The notes under the pieces: model-generated
What the model was told of the DNA's origin: nothing
What the model saw: only the letters and a program-made list of their open reading frames with translations
The model's database searches: none
Translations under genes and position numbers: made by a program
Part shown: in pieces, positions 50,656-63,380 of the stretch
Layout of the letters: each line of letters opens with the position of its first letter
Numbering within the stretch: the stretch's first letter is position 1
Assembly: GCA_002633005.1 (NCBI GenBank)
Contig: NMRA01000246.1
Span: forward strand, 239,856-303,855
DNA length: 64,000 nt
Source of the DNA: Phoronis australis
Lineage: Eukaryota > Animalia > Phoronida
Direction of reading: 5' to 3'

Positions 50656-53257
50656 ATGGCAGAAGAAGCTGGAGAAAAGAAAGAAACTGAGGCCAAAAGG
50701 GTACACACATATCCCCTTATCAGGGTAAGAATATGACTGTGTGGCTCTTTCTCGTGAGCTGCAAACGAAATTCATTCAGACTGAGTTCAGTTCGTAACAG
50801 TTCTCTTACATTCCTGGATCCCCATCATTAGACAATTCATACAGTTCTTCTGTGTTGACACAGCAATCAAGAAATATTCTAAGAATGTACTGCGTTGCTA
50901 TGTCATTAACTGGTTTCTACTGATAATTGTCTGCTGCTGCCTGGAGTAAAGCGGCATCTGAGAACCGTCCACGACTGACACCAACATTTCATTCTCTGAA
51001 TAACTGGCCTGGTTTTAAAATCGGCGACCGCTACACCTATGTGAGCAATACTGGATTATTTTTTACCATACCTTTCATCTTGTCAGACCATTTATCACAG
51101 ATTTTTTTATCTATAACAAATTTTTGTGTCGTACGTAGTGACATTCAAGTTGCTACCATGGACCAAGCCTGGTGCAAAAAATTCAGAAGGGATGCATTTA
51201 CAGAGAGAATTAGGGTGAAAATCCACACACAAAGGCTCTATACACATGCTGGAATAGCTCAGTAAATGAGTAACTCATATACCTTGCTGACTGGCATGTC
51301 ATAAAACCAATTAAATTACCTAGCTGTACTAATAGAAATGCCACAAATTTCTAAGTCATAGGTCATTTTCTACAAAGCCCATGCTTGTGACTTTTTGATT
51401 CTAGACGCTTTTGACTGTGATATCTTATAATGTGAAAGTTTTTCTGAGCCATTATTTTTTCTTTACAGAAACCAATTGCCCAGTGAGTGCAGGCTACAAA
51501 TAGTTTGTGTCTCAATCATGCTGTGATATGATATAAACCATGAATAATGAATTCATGAATCTTGTTCCGAAATTTACCTGCATTGTTATGCGAAATTTAT
51601 TTTTGTTCAAGTTAAGAATATAGTTTAATTAACTGTGTTTAACTAGGAATTTGATTGAATGTTAGTTAATGTAAAATGCCCATTTTGGTTTCAGTATTCG
51701 GACATGAATGATGAAATGAGGACTGAAGCTATGGAGCTGTGTGTTACAGCATGTGAAAAATTCTCATCAAATAACGAGGTAATTAGGTAGCAAATTGATT
51801 TTTCTGGTCAAAATGTAGTTTGACCTGTAACATGACATTATTTGTTCCTCTATTGCACAAAAATAACAGTGTTTTCCAGTATTTTCCATTACTGTCATTT
51901 CACAATATCTTGATGACAGCTTTTGTGCCTGTTTAAGTTTATACCATGCATATTTAAAATCAGCAACTCATTGGACAGTGTTGAAAATCCAAAGATTGGT
52001 GATTTTCTAAATATAACGCTAAATCATCATGAGAGACCATCGGGAGTTGGTATATGGTGTAACTCCGGATGGTCTGGGCTCAACAGAAAACCACAGTTCT
52101 ACTGTGAGTCTAGACCAATGTGAATAAACGTGTGTAGTTTTTCTTGCCTCGTCAGCTGCAGGTATCATCTCTTTTCTGACAAACAACATGTGACTGGGCA
52201 AAGCCTTTTCAAATTAGTGTAGATAAGCCAGTGCAGCGTGAGACCCCAGAGGTCCTTGTCAAGTCATGACAATTCCTTGTTACGAATGTGGGTGATCACC
52301 TGATTGAATACTGTTAACTTGTTCAAGTGTTTCCCGTGTAACAGTTTTACAACAAAATTTCTAGAAACAGTACAGTAATTCTTCACTTATTCTGAAGCAC
52401 ACAATATGGCCGACAAGTGAATTTCTGATTTTGTCAAATTTCTCCACAAAAAATAAGTATTTCTTGCCTGGTTTGTGCTGTGTAGACATAGTAAAACAAC
52501 TTTTGGCAAATTTCCATTAATTGTATTAAAGTAATCAACTGTTGAAAAATGGAAAATTACAATTCTGGCAATTATTTTTTATGAAATAAGCGGAGAATTA
52601 CTGTCAGTTAAAAACACAAGTCATCTGCTGCTTAGTTGAAGTTTAACACAGTGATCAGTGGTTAACAAGTCTGGTGTGGGAGTATTTTGCTGAACACCAA
52701 GACAAAGTTGTGCATCTAATTGTCAAATTCTCCATATTAAGACATTGAAATCATCAGATTGTTTCTTGAGAGTTTTCGCAACAATATTTTCCATTTATGA
52801 CAACGTGTCATAAATATGGTTGAACTCATCACCTAATCGGCCATGTACTTCAAAAATACTCCACGTGATGTGATACCAAAGGTTTATCTTGTGTTTGTGC
52901 ATTTCCTCTTCCTTATTTTCCATTGAAATTCTGTTTGTCTTAGCATTGCCATTTGCTTCCAAAGTAATGACACACCGAAGAGCCCTGATCTGTCTATATA
53001 ATTTTGTTGGTATGCATCTGTACATTTTGAATGGTAAAATCTCCAAAAATGAAATGATTAAATGTTTTCAGATGTTATTTGTTTTCTTCCAGGTTGCTGC
53101 CAAAATGGTAAAGGAAACCATGGATAAAAAATTTGGAGCCTCATGGCATGTTGTGATTGGAGAGGGCTATGGATTTGAAATCGCCCACGAAGTGAAAAAC
53201 ATCATGTATATGTTCTTTGGAGGCAACATGGCTATTCTGCTATGGAAGTGCTCATAA
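50656..53257 (+). CDS. DNAL4: Dynein axonemal light chain 4 (105 aa)
   Basis: Exons 50656-50724, 51695-51778, 53093-53257 (TAA). MAEEAGEKKETEAKRVHTYPLIR|YSDMNDEMRTEAMELCVTACEKFSSNNE|VAAKMVKETMDKKFGASWHVVIGEGYGFEIAHEVKNIMYMFFGGNMAILLWKCS. Confidence 0.97.
52012..52284 (+). mobile_element. MITE family A, copy 3 (DNAL4 intron 2)
   Basis: Ends TATAACGCTAAATCATCA / TGACAATTCCTTGTTACG; colinear with copies 1 and 2 and retains the hairpin region. Confidence 0.82.
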
Positions 53258-54153
53258 AAACACAGAAAAGGGACTTCTCGTAGACTGACTTCATTTGATC
53301 TCCTTTCACAGCAATTCATCAATTGGATAATAACTTAATTGCATCACTGAAGTGATTAATTAAGTTCTATAATGACTTGTCTGTGTGGTGGACTAATGTT
53401 GTGTTTGTTTAAATATCACTGCAACACATTCCCTGTATATAACTTGGTTAGGTATGTTGTAATATTAATGTTTTATTGTGTAGTAATAATAATGACATCT
53501 GTTGTTTAACCCAAGTCTGTTTTAGCCATTTTTGGAATCTTTGGTTACATGTATTCAGTGAACGCCCAATGGCCTCAGGGTTAAAGCTCTACTTTGAATT
53601 TCTGTGTAGACCCATGGATTTGTAGTCAGAAAATTTTGGTGGGGCAAACATATCTACAGAGTGGCAAGGTTTGAGAAAATTGACGGTGTCAGTGAATGTT
53701 AAACACAAACAAGGTTTCACGACAGGACATGGTTTAATCCAGTACATTCTTGGCATATTTATCATTGTTACCACAAACTTATGTAAAAGGACATTCCTAA
53801 ACCAGGAAAGTAACACACAGGCAGATCTTCCAGATTACTAAAACAAACATAAACTTAAGCATATACATAACATATGTCGTTGTTCTCTTTGCTATTGAAT
53901 GGAATTCAAATAGGTTTAAAGCAAGCCAGTTAGAGCTGTGGCGGAGCTCTCAAATTCTTAGTCAGTTGCATAGTTTAGTGGTGGAATTGCCAGGATTTAA
54001 GCAGTTGCCACAATTTGTAACAAAACACCATTGCCACAAAACACAATTCCAGTGAAATTGAATTTTTTTGTGAGTTTAACTTCTGACTCACTGAACGCAA
54101 CTTTAGTTTCTGGCATTTGTGTTCAAAGATCCCTCATTCAATTAAATATTCCT

Positions 54154-57100
54154 CTATAGGTCTTCTGTGTCAAGTAGACTCGAACTATTGTCTTTCTCTT
54201 GGTCTGATGACGAATATGGCGGTCTGCTGTTCTCGATCATTTTCGGTTTCTTTCCACGTATAACGTCTTTGATCCACTTTTGGTAAGGCTTGTGCATGGC
54301 GTTTGTATAGATACCGGGATAGTCGGGATAACCACACATGTCATTCCGGTCTTTGTCCACGCGGCCTGAACTCACTACACCTATAATTAAGGAATAGCTC
54401 TATTACAGTTGCTTTTTTCGTCATCATCACAATCGCAATTACCATTATGGCTTTCCAGGAAACGTTCTGATTTTGTTTTCTTTTTAGAGTAAAGTGTGAG
54501 CAATAATGATCGAAAGCAGTGCAGAATTTTTAATTAACTGAGGTGCTTCTCTGGACGTGTCTTTCGAAACTTATCATGAGTCAAAGATTTCACGTGGGCG
54601 CTATGTTACAAGGGAAGCACGTGATAACACTTGCTTCGTGAGAACGCAGCCCTTGTCAATTATTGGAGTCATGAACAAAAGGAAAATGTTAACGCCTATT
54701 TATACATATTAACACCGTAGACCGAAGTGACGAGCGCTGTTTGCTTCAACGTGCACGCTTTTAACTTTATTTGTATGGTTTTGATATTTGCAATTTTGGC
54801 TTGGCCTGGTTAGCATTGCTCTTTCCATAGGTTTTGAACACAAAATCTGGTATGGGGAAACTGTGTATGGTTCTTTCATTGTAACTTCTGCTGGCTTGGA
54901 AGACGACATCGAGACTATGAAATTCTATTTTCGAATTCTGAAAGCCGAATGAAAATGTGTATGTAATCTGGTAATGCCTGCTAGACAGAGAATTGTGCTG
55001 TTCTAAAAGTGAATGAGTAAATATTCCGATGAAAAGTTCGGAAGTCGTCAAATTGACACTCTCGGGCAAAACATGGGCGGCGCACCATAGGGGACTGGGG
55101 GCTATAGCCCCAGTGTTTTCAGTGCTGCGCCGCCCATGGTCTATGGGCAGTGCACCACAGGGGGTATGGTGGGCCATAGCCCTCCACTTTTTCCAGTGCT
55201 CCGCTGCCCGTGCAAAAGCTACATGTAACTGAAATTCCTGACACGTTTTCCGCTTACAATATAGAACAGAAAGAAAACTTGAATTTGCAGCAATCTTTTA
55301 GAAAATTTTCTAGGAAAACGATTTCGCGCTTGTAATTATTTTTTGAGTTCTGCTAGTGTTTTGAAAGTGCACTGTTTCATGGGTTGTATTGTACAATCTA
55401 GTGTGAATACTGAACAAAAACTACTGACGAGTTAAAAAAGACCGTAAAACCGAACGAACAACTTTAAAAGTGCACTGCCCTTGTTTATTTAGTTATTGTA
55501 CATCAGACGTGGTTTAAACCCTGAAGATAAAATGATTTGCAATGGAACATATGAAAATAAAAGGTGAAGCGCTTTTGTTCGGGGTTCCATAACTTTTCCA
55601 CGGCGCCATTGTGCAACCCACTCAAAATGCAAAAGACATCCTCAAGACCGAAATCATTGTAGTGTAGATTAAATAGTGGTATCTAATCTTAAAATCGTAA
55701 ATGCAAAACTTGTGCATTTAATCGTGCCCGATAATTTGAAGGCGTGAGACTAGTTAAAACAAGGAAAATTGGTCCAGTCATATATGTTGATGTCAGGTTT
55801 GACTACGTGGTTGGGAGAAATTTAGAGAGAAACGCCCTTTTTAACCTCCCCCCTTCGTAATGAATATGCGTACCCACGTACGATGGTATTTCTGCAGTTT
55901 TGCCGATGCGCGGAAAAAGTTTCTGAATACTTACCAACAAGACGCCATCTTCTACCTATCAGACAGGCCAATGGTCCGCCACTGTCTTGCTGGAATGCAG
56001 AAAATTAAGTTTATATTTTCACCATCATTGTCAGTGCTGACAAAAGGGTCAAAGTGTCAAAGTTTCAGGTGCGCACTCAGTTTTGGAAAATGTCATTTTG
56101 ACCATATCTCCCTTTGACCGGCTCTCTCAGACGTCTGCAGATCTGAAAGGAGTCAGAGTGGAGACCTTAGTGCAAACTTCGAGGAACAATTTCCATGTGC
56201 CTTGGAGTTCACTTCAAAATCTGAAGAAATTAGTTCCAGGGGATGATTGTTTGGCCTATTCCACAAGATGCAATAAGTCACAAAACAAAACGCACCCTCG
56301 CACGTCTTTTAAAAGGCATTCTTTTATTGCCAAACTAAACGGCGGCTCTTTGTTGAAAGGAGTCAAAGACAGGATGAAGAAAATCAGGCATAATTAATGA
56401 TTTGCTATTGAGTCACAAAGCAACGGATTTTGTTGTTTTGTAGCTCTGGTCACAGCTGATAACTTCATGAAGTCTACCCCATTCAACGGAAATCCCAAAA
56501 AGTAATTCCTCGGCCGTAAAAACGATAGTGTCCCATTAAATTTGTCATTCACTGAAAGCCGTGAGTGAGCGTGCAATGACTTCATCAAGAATATTTCAAC
56601 CACTCGTAGTAGGAAAAAAGCTAAATGTATCCGAAATAAATTGCCTTCCCTGAGACAAGTGTCGGCGATCAGGGAGTACTGATATCAAACGTAAGATTGG
56701 GAGTTATTATTTGATGGAATATCCTTTTTGAAGCCATTTATTTGACCAGAGCTATGAAATAATAAAATCCGTTGTGTTTTTGTCATTTTTTTACATTTCG
56801 TCAATTCTTACCGTTGTCCGGCAAACTTTTCTGGGATCAAGGCCAGAGACGTTAACTGCTAAGTACTCACAGCTTTGCCATTTACCCAGTGGGATTGAGC
56901 TCCCTCTGGTGACTGTGTGACTGACTACGACTGCATGATTATGCTCGTGAGGTTCCGCAGTGGAGCTGCATCCCAAAAACATTTTCTCGTCGATAAAGTC
57001 ATTTTAATTACAATTAAAAGTGTGCCAACATACGTCACAAATTACTCTGTTAAATATCTTTGGAAACCAAATTGCTTATCAATCTTTCCCCGATTGCTCA

Positions 57101-60100
57101 CCCGACATGCATCTTTGCCGCCCTCTTCTTTGCCTGCACAGATTTGAGATACGCTGTCATAGCGTTGGTAGTTATCGCACTTTTTGTCAGACAAAACGTC
57201 AACGTAAACCTCCCTCAACACGTCACTCTTTGACCCCTCTAAAAACAAATTTGTCACAACTAATAAGCTAGTTAAACGATTAAGGTAATCTGTTGAATTG
57301 ACCAACAATCCATTTAATGTTTGCAGCACCTTTTCAAACGTGAATTTTCGCCATTGTCTACTGTAGTTAAATGAATTAATTTATTGCCGTGACTACTACA
57401 CAAATGACTAAAGACTCGTATTAAAACATTGCTTTAAACTTACACGTCATAACCAGGCTTTGCTCAAAATTTTTCTGAATTCATTTTTGTTATGGTGGAG
57501 GAAAATGACTCGAGAACGCATGTGCCGTGCAAACTCGCCTGACAGGACTCCCAACGAAGTTCCTCCATCGGTTGCCACCCAGTCTTACTGTAATCAACAA
57601 TTCTCTTCATGTTTTCCGCTCTCGATTGCCAACAGTTGTAAATAACACCAATGTAACAAGCTTTCACTGCAATAGCATGTATTGTCGAGCAAACTATTTG
57701 GGTTAGGTCGTGCTACGTTGGACCCCTCTTTGTCTTCTTAATTCAACAGCCATATCTGATTCGGTTATCAACTGAAAACTTACTTGAATTGTTCACCTTC
57801 CCCCATCCTGTGACGACGCACAATTTCCTCATCAGGTTTTTCTTGTGGCGATATTTTCCAGATTCTAACAGGCAGAGCGGCCTAGCATATTCACCCCTTG
57901 TTGAAATCGGCCTCGTTAGTTTGAGTAAAGCGATGTCTCCTATGAGTGGGTCTGTCCCTGTTTTCATGGAGTCGGTGAGACGATGGATTTCTTTCACTTG
58001 CGACATTTGAACAACTTTCGTTACAACAGACGTGTTATGTATTCCAACCTTGACTTGCCACCTCGCTTTATACATGTCGAGGAAACTAAGTGTAAAATTA
58101 ATTTTCTAAGTAAAGTACGCGCTATTGATAAATTATATATTACAAAAGCTAAAATTCTTTAAAATGAGTGTAATGTTTCATTCACATCTTACGAGAGCGA
58201 TGGAAGGGCTATCGTTTTTTTATTCACATGGAGATTAGCTTTTCGATTTCCACCATCGATAATAATCGTTTTACACGTTGAACAATGCCTGCTAGTAAAC
58301 GAACGGATGAGAAGCATTGACAAGATAAAATATCAGATAAAGAACTGCCTTTGTTCGTGTTTGAAAGGCGTTTAAGGACAGTGTTGTCAATATATAACTT
58401 TCACCACAGAAAATGTTTCCCTCTCACGTTAATGAGCGAAACTGTCAAACAACGATTTCAGCAACTGCAAGCAAGTTTTGCAGACGGATACATACCCCCC
58501 CCCCCCCTCCATGCATGGCGTCATTTTAGGGCCGCTGTCAACGTTTGTCCTTCAAAAATGTCGTTAACCCCCCTTGTGACATGTTAAATCGGCCAATGAT
58601 AGCAAATTGCGTTTGTTGTTTTGAACCATCAGTGACATTAAAGCCAATGGCACGCTTTTAAAGTGACAAAACTGCTTTTGTTACAATTTGAAATTTCAAC
58701 CTAAAACACATAATACCGTATTTACCTTGGTACACAGTGAGCTGCTGTCATAACCCAGTCCTGTGAAATTAGAATTCCGCCACAAAACCAATCTTTGAGT
58801 AACTGTATGTGTACCTGCAAAAGAGATTCAGTTGTGGTATGTCTCAGCTTCAAATGTGTCCTAGGTGAGCTCACGAATTCGATTCTCGACGTCTAATTAC
58901 ATGTCCATTAGGCCTACTTTCGCTGGGTGGTTGCCAGTCTGAAGGTTCACTCCATAAAAGGGTCACTGAGGTTCAAGGCGAGCATCTGATGATTGATTGA
59001 TCAAGTAACGCAAAAATCGCTTGTAAACTATACTTTACTCAAAAGGATATATGTGGATTTTCTTTGCTGTATAAGAATAATAAAGTTTGACCGATCACAA
59101 GAGAAAATCATGGGAAGTGGTAGAAAGAAAAGATTCTAATGAGCTACCGATTGCAAACTATCATCAATATATTTTTCAGTTGAACATATAAGGTAATTAA
59201 CTAATTTTTTACACTAATGCAACTAATATTGTTTTAGCAAGTAACGCATTCATCAAGATTTTGAGCCTCGTTAAACGTCACTGTTTACGCTTTCACTGAA
59301 TGACTTTAATGAATGACGTTAAAACGGTGTTTTATTCATTTGGCTAGTAGATCTGTTGTACCAACGGAATAATTTTTGATCTTCAAAGTCTGGAAGACGA
59401 AATCGAATCATTAACCTATTTTAAATGAGATTGATTTGATTTCAACTCTAGATTGGATAATGTCATATCAAGTTCGCACAAAGTCCACCTTGAGCCGTAT
59501 AATAAACGGGAGTCCGTCTTTATTTTGTTTCTGGGGCATAATTAAAAACAAGCGCTTCTGCACTGCGCACTAAGTACGAAGCTTAACATGAGAGTGCGTT
59601 ATCACTCAAGACAGATACACATAGTTACTGAGCTTGTGTTGTCATAGAAACATGTGGAAAACAAACCAATAGATAGATTAAACAATTACACACGTTTGTT
59701 TGTTCGTCTAGGCAACTGTTGTATGTGGTGGGAACAACATTCTGTTTGAGGTTCTCTGTTAACTAATGGACTTATCAACGGTGATAAATGCATTTATACT
59801 TGGAAATCTGTGAAACTGATTTGAAGTTAATGAAGTCAGCTTCTGATGAGATACTGTGATCCGTTCATTTTATTTGAAAATTGGTGGGAGTGGTTTGTTC
59901 ACAATGACACTCAAATCACATAGCAATCAAATTCACGGGTGTTACCGTTAAAGATACGTTTAAAAATATGAAGTTGACATGTATTTTTAACTGATTTTCG
60001 CATTTTGTCAATTTTGTAGGAAAGAAATGCTTTTCTAAATTTTCTGGTTGACTTGAGCTTCTGTAGATTTGGAAAGTCTTCAGCAAAAATTCTCGACTCA

Positions 60101-61357
60101 TGTCAGTCCGTGCAAAAACACGGCCCCCACAATTTTGGTTATAATTTTATGAGCTTCAAAATACATTCTCTACATGTTCTACAAAATTAATTTGGAATTT
60201 AATCATAGAACTTCAATGCTTGCTATATGTGGCCATGGTTTTTAACAAGCCATGCTTACCATCCATGGCCATTTTCCCGGGGGGATAGTCTCGTTACCAC
60301 CAACAACATAGGATACTGCTGAATCGTTGAAGGAGTCTTGAGCATGAATGTTGCCTCTGCTTTGTTTGACGAATCGGTTGTAGATCGGCGACATGCCGCA
60401 ATTTTTCTGATTAGGTTTCACGATTCCTGCAATAAATTCAACAGTTAACGTATTTGTCGACGTAGTTTATTGGTCAACACAACCCGAAATCTGGAAATAG
60501 AGAAATATGAGCTAGTTTATTTACTCTTCTTTGCGCTATTGCTACCGAAGGTTGCGGTTCCCGCAAAGATGGTACGTGACAAAGCTAGTCAGTGTCGAAT
60601 CATCAATCCTTCGACTTACGTGGCAAAATGTTATGTCAATACTTTCAAGTTAAAGTTAATTTTCATTACCTGTTTTATATTTTATGAGATTCTGACTGTC
60701 TTGAAGAGTTCCCCGGGAGAATATTGCAATCCAAGAAAAATCTTAAAGAATGAGGCACACTTGGTTAGTGATACATGAATTTGAAAGAAAAACATTTCTA
60801 TAATTTACTGCGGTACCAATGCCAGAATCGGATTGTTTTCAGAAATGTTCATGGTTTAATAATATCAAACATTAAGGCGAGAGAAACTGATACTCGCTTG
60901 TTGCCTTTGTGCTCTTTCTGTGAGCAACAGGAAGAGACAATTCCACACGTACTTTGGAAATGCACATTTGTTAAGAAATGGAATCGTTAAGAATCATGCA
61001 TGATAAATCAGCATGATGTTCCTCCGCAAATAAACATGTCTACTGCATTGTTTATGCCTAGCCTGTAGGCTCGCAGTCGTAATCTTAGATCAGTGCTCAA
61101 CAAAGTCCCGATAGGTAGCGATTGCCGGCAAAAAGCGATCACCGAGGACAAATCGACTGATTCAATGTCCTGTTATTATCAAAAAACTCGCGATGTTTCA
61201 TTCCAATTGATAAATGAATTTTGTTACTTTTCACCCCATTCCGAAATTGGAAAAATAAAATTGAGCCCTTTTCTCCAATTGCAAGGTAAAACTCACCGTC
61301 GCCCATGCAGTATGCCACCAAGCAAGGCGTTATCGCGAGAAGTGACGTGAACTTCAT
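54154..61357 (-). CDS. Secreted S1A (trypsin-fold) serine protease, 7 exons, ~345 aa
   Basis: Exons (-): 61357-61297 (signal peptide MKFTSLLAITPCLVAYCMG), 60426-60260 (NCG...SY|VVGG...KWPWM), 58814-58726 (FCGG...WVMTAAHC), 58085-57784 (GDIALLKL...PLCL...CVVTGWG), 57238-57102 (ICAG..GGKDACR), 55989-55935 (QDSGGPLAC), 54380-54154 (GVVSSG...CG..DYPGIYT...WI, TAG). 1038 nt, phases consistent. Confidence 0.93.
55072..55212. mobile_element. Tandem dimer of ~70-bp mini-MITEs within one 5-bp TSD
   Basis: Unit 1 (55072-55138) has a perfect TIR CATGGGCGGCGCA / TGCGCCGCCCATG; unit 2 (55142-55212) is diverged; CAAAA flanks the pair (55067-55071, 55213-55217). Confidence 0.75.
60775..61050 (+). mobile_element. 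LINE (L1/Tx1-like) 3' fragment, zf-RVT zinc knuckle
   Basis: ORF 60775-60990 contains PLCSFCEQQEETIPHVLWKCTFVKKW, the CxxC...ETxxHxxWxC motif at the end of non-LTR ORF2. It lies in protease intron 1. Confidence 0.8.
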
Positions 61358-61394
61358 CCTTACACAACTGCTGGTGCAAATGTTTGAGGAATGG

Positions 61395-61400
61395 TTTATA
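61395..61400 (-). promoter_or_regulatory. TATA box of the serine protease gene
   Basis: TATAAA on the - strand, 38 nt upstream of the signal-peptide ATG at 61357. Confidence 0.55.
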
Positions 61401-61962
61401 AGGCCTAGTTTCCTGTTTATTAGGAACAAACTTCAGAGGTCACATGACAGATATCTCATCACGAATACGCCCTGGGCAATGTATTAATACGCAATGGAAT
61501 TAATTGAATTATACTCCTGTCACAGGTATTCCAGTAATGCCAACATTTGAAGAATTTTTATCGTCGCGAAGATAAACATTTACTTGTTGCTATCGCCGAA
61601 CATCTCATACATGCTTTCACTTCTAGACATCAGAGGAATTTTAGATTTGAAATCTGCCGTGGTTATTGATTAATCTGTAAATAAAATGGTCAACATTCAA
61701 AAAATGAAGTTCTAAACCTAATATTCATGATCATTTGAGCTAATTATTACTCGCTGTTTAGAATTCAAGCGCAATCACGGGTTCGAAAAAATAGGAGTCG
61801 CGATAGTAAATTTTTCTGGTAATTGAGTTTTAAAATGCAATAGTGGATGGAAAACAAAGTTATTGCCAAGATCAGTGTCTTAGCTGTTGAAGTAATGAGT
61901 TTCACAGCAAGGATTAATATGAACATAACAGATAATTCTTACTCGCCATTTCTAATTGCATT

Positions 61963-62124
61963 CAGAGGCGGATCCAGGATTTTGAGTTAAGGGTGGGGGT
62001 GCCAGGGCAGAGTATTAGCTAGGACTTTGCCCGTAAGACATTCGCACCCCCGAACTGCCAAATGGTATTCTGGAGAGTTTTAGGGTGGGGCATGGTCCAC
62101 TTGGCCCCCCTAAATCCGTCACTG
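61963..62124. mobile_element. MITE (CAGTGGCGGAT-type TIR), copy 2, inverted relative to 24397-24554
   Basis: TIRs CAGAGGCGGATCCAG / CTAAATCCGTCACTG; flanks gcatt/gtatt (4/5 TSD match); ~600 bp upstream of the protease ATG. Confidence 0.85.
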
Positions 62125-63109
62125 GTATTAGTCATCTTCCTCTAAGATAACTTAAGATAAACGTGGCAATCGTTTGCAAAAGCCTTTGAATACTCGTGTT
62201 TGTTAGAACACTTAACTTCACTAACGCTTCACTTTTTCTGGTACAGTACAAGACTATAATGATCAGACAAAATACTGTTTCCCCATCATGTGGACAAAAT
62301 GACTGGTAATGACTGATATGGCGGCAAAGTTCAATAACAAAATGACTTAGTCACGTTAATAACTTTCCTGTTCATTTTCATTCTCGGGAATGACAAAAAG
62401 CCGATCTAACGATCGCGGGCAGACTGATTCAGGGTCATTTTGTCATGTTGACGTGGGATTTTTCAAGTTTGGGTACCTCATGTAAAATCTATGGCACTTC
62501 TGTCATAAAAACAACATTGGCTCCTGACATTAGAGTTTGCTGCTTGAATTAAGAGTTAAAATAGTTTTTATTATTTTATAGTTTGTTTTTAGTTCAAACG
62601 CAATCAATACACACGTCTCCCGTAGCAGCACGTGGTTTGTCAAAGGAGGCAAAGATCGACAAATATAGATTGGAATTATAACGTAAACTCCACGGATTTA
62701 TCACGTGACAGGTTGTTTATTCCCTAAATTAATGCTTATAGTTTGGTTGCTGGGTAGTAGTGATCATATTTCAAGGGTCAAGTTAGTGCTAACAACTTAC
62801 AGAGGATTTATGACGTCTTTCTTAAAGCCTGATCCCAGAGAAGAATTTTTTGTTCACGACAATTGCCAGGTTTTGAAAAAATTCTAGGGTCTATAATATG
62901 TTTGTATTATCACAGTAAACATATGGTTAAAAACCTTTCGCTATCACTATGTATGGTACCCTCACTCACTTCCTTCATAAAGCAATTACATTACATTTGA
63001 ATTGGATTAATCTTGATACATAAGTAAGCTAAAGAAACAATCTAAATTAACTAAAACGACACCAAAATCGTTTTTCGACCTATTAACAGATATTAACGAC
63101 TTTGATATC

Positions 63110-63380
63110 TAGGTCCCTGTAGTCCTCGGGCACCCTCAAAAGCTTGGAGCAAATTTTGAAAACGACTTACAAAGTCTGCTAAACGGACAAGCGTGACTCA
63201 CGCTTTAGCGAGTTCCACGGCAAGAGTAGGGAAAGAGCACTCTCCAAGAACCAAGATATCCATTCAATGACACAGTGTGTACGTGTTTTCAGATGGATCC
63301 TGCTTTTACAGTTCAAGTGAGACGCCAACTTGAAGATGCATTAGCAGGAAACAGAACGAGGATTGGTTGATAAAATCGTT
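63110..63380 (+). repeat. Old dispersed repeat B (homologous to ~42600-42623 plus 42874-43110)
   Basis: Shared blocks in the same order: accctcaaaag, tttgaaaac, caaagtctgctaaac, cacggcaa, cctgctttta, atgcattag, acagaa.gaggattggttga. Confidence 0.7.

Noticed and set aside
56640-56720. CR1/L2 reverse transcriptase fragment (RLISVLP)
   Set aside because: Only a few residues resemble YRPISVLP and no further RT motifs follow.
60095-60140. KIVGA on the - strand as the protease activation exon
   Set aside because: It is followed by a stop and lacks WPW; the true VVGG...WPWM exon with correct splice sites is at 60426-60260.
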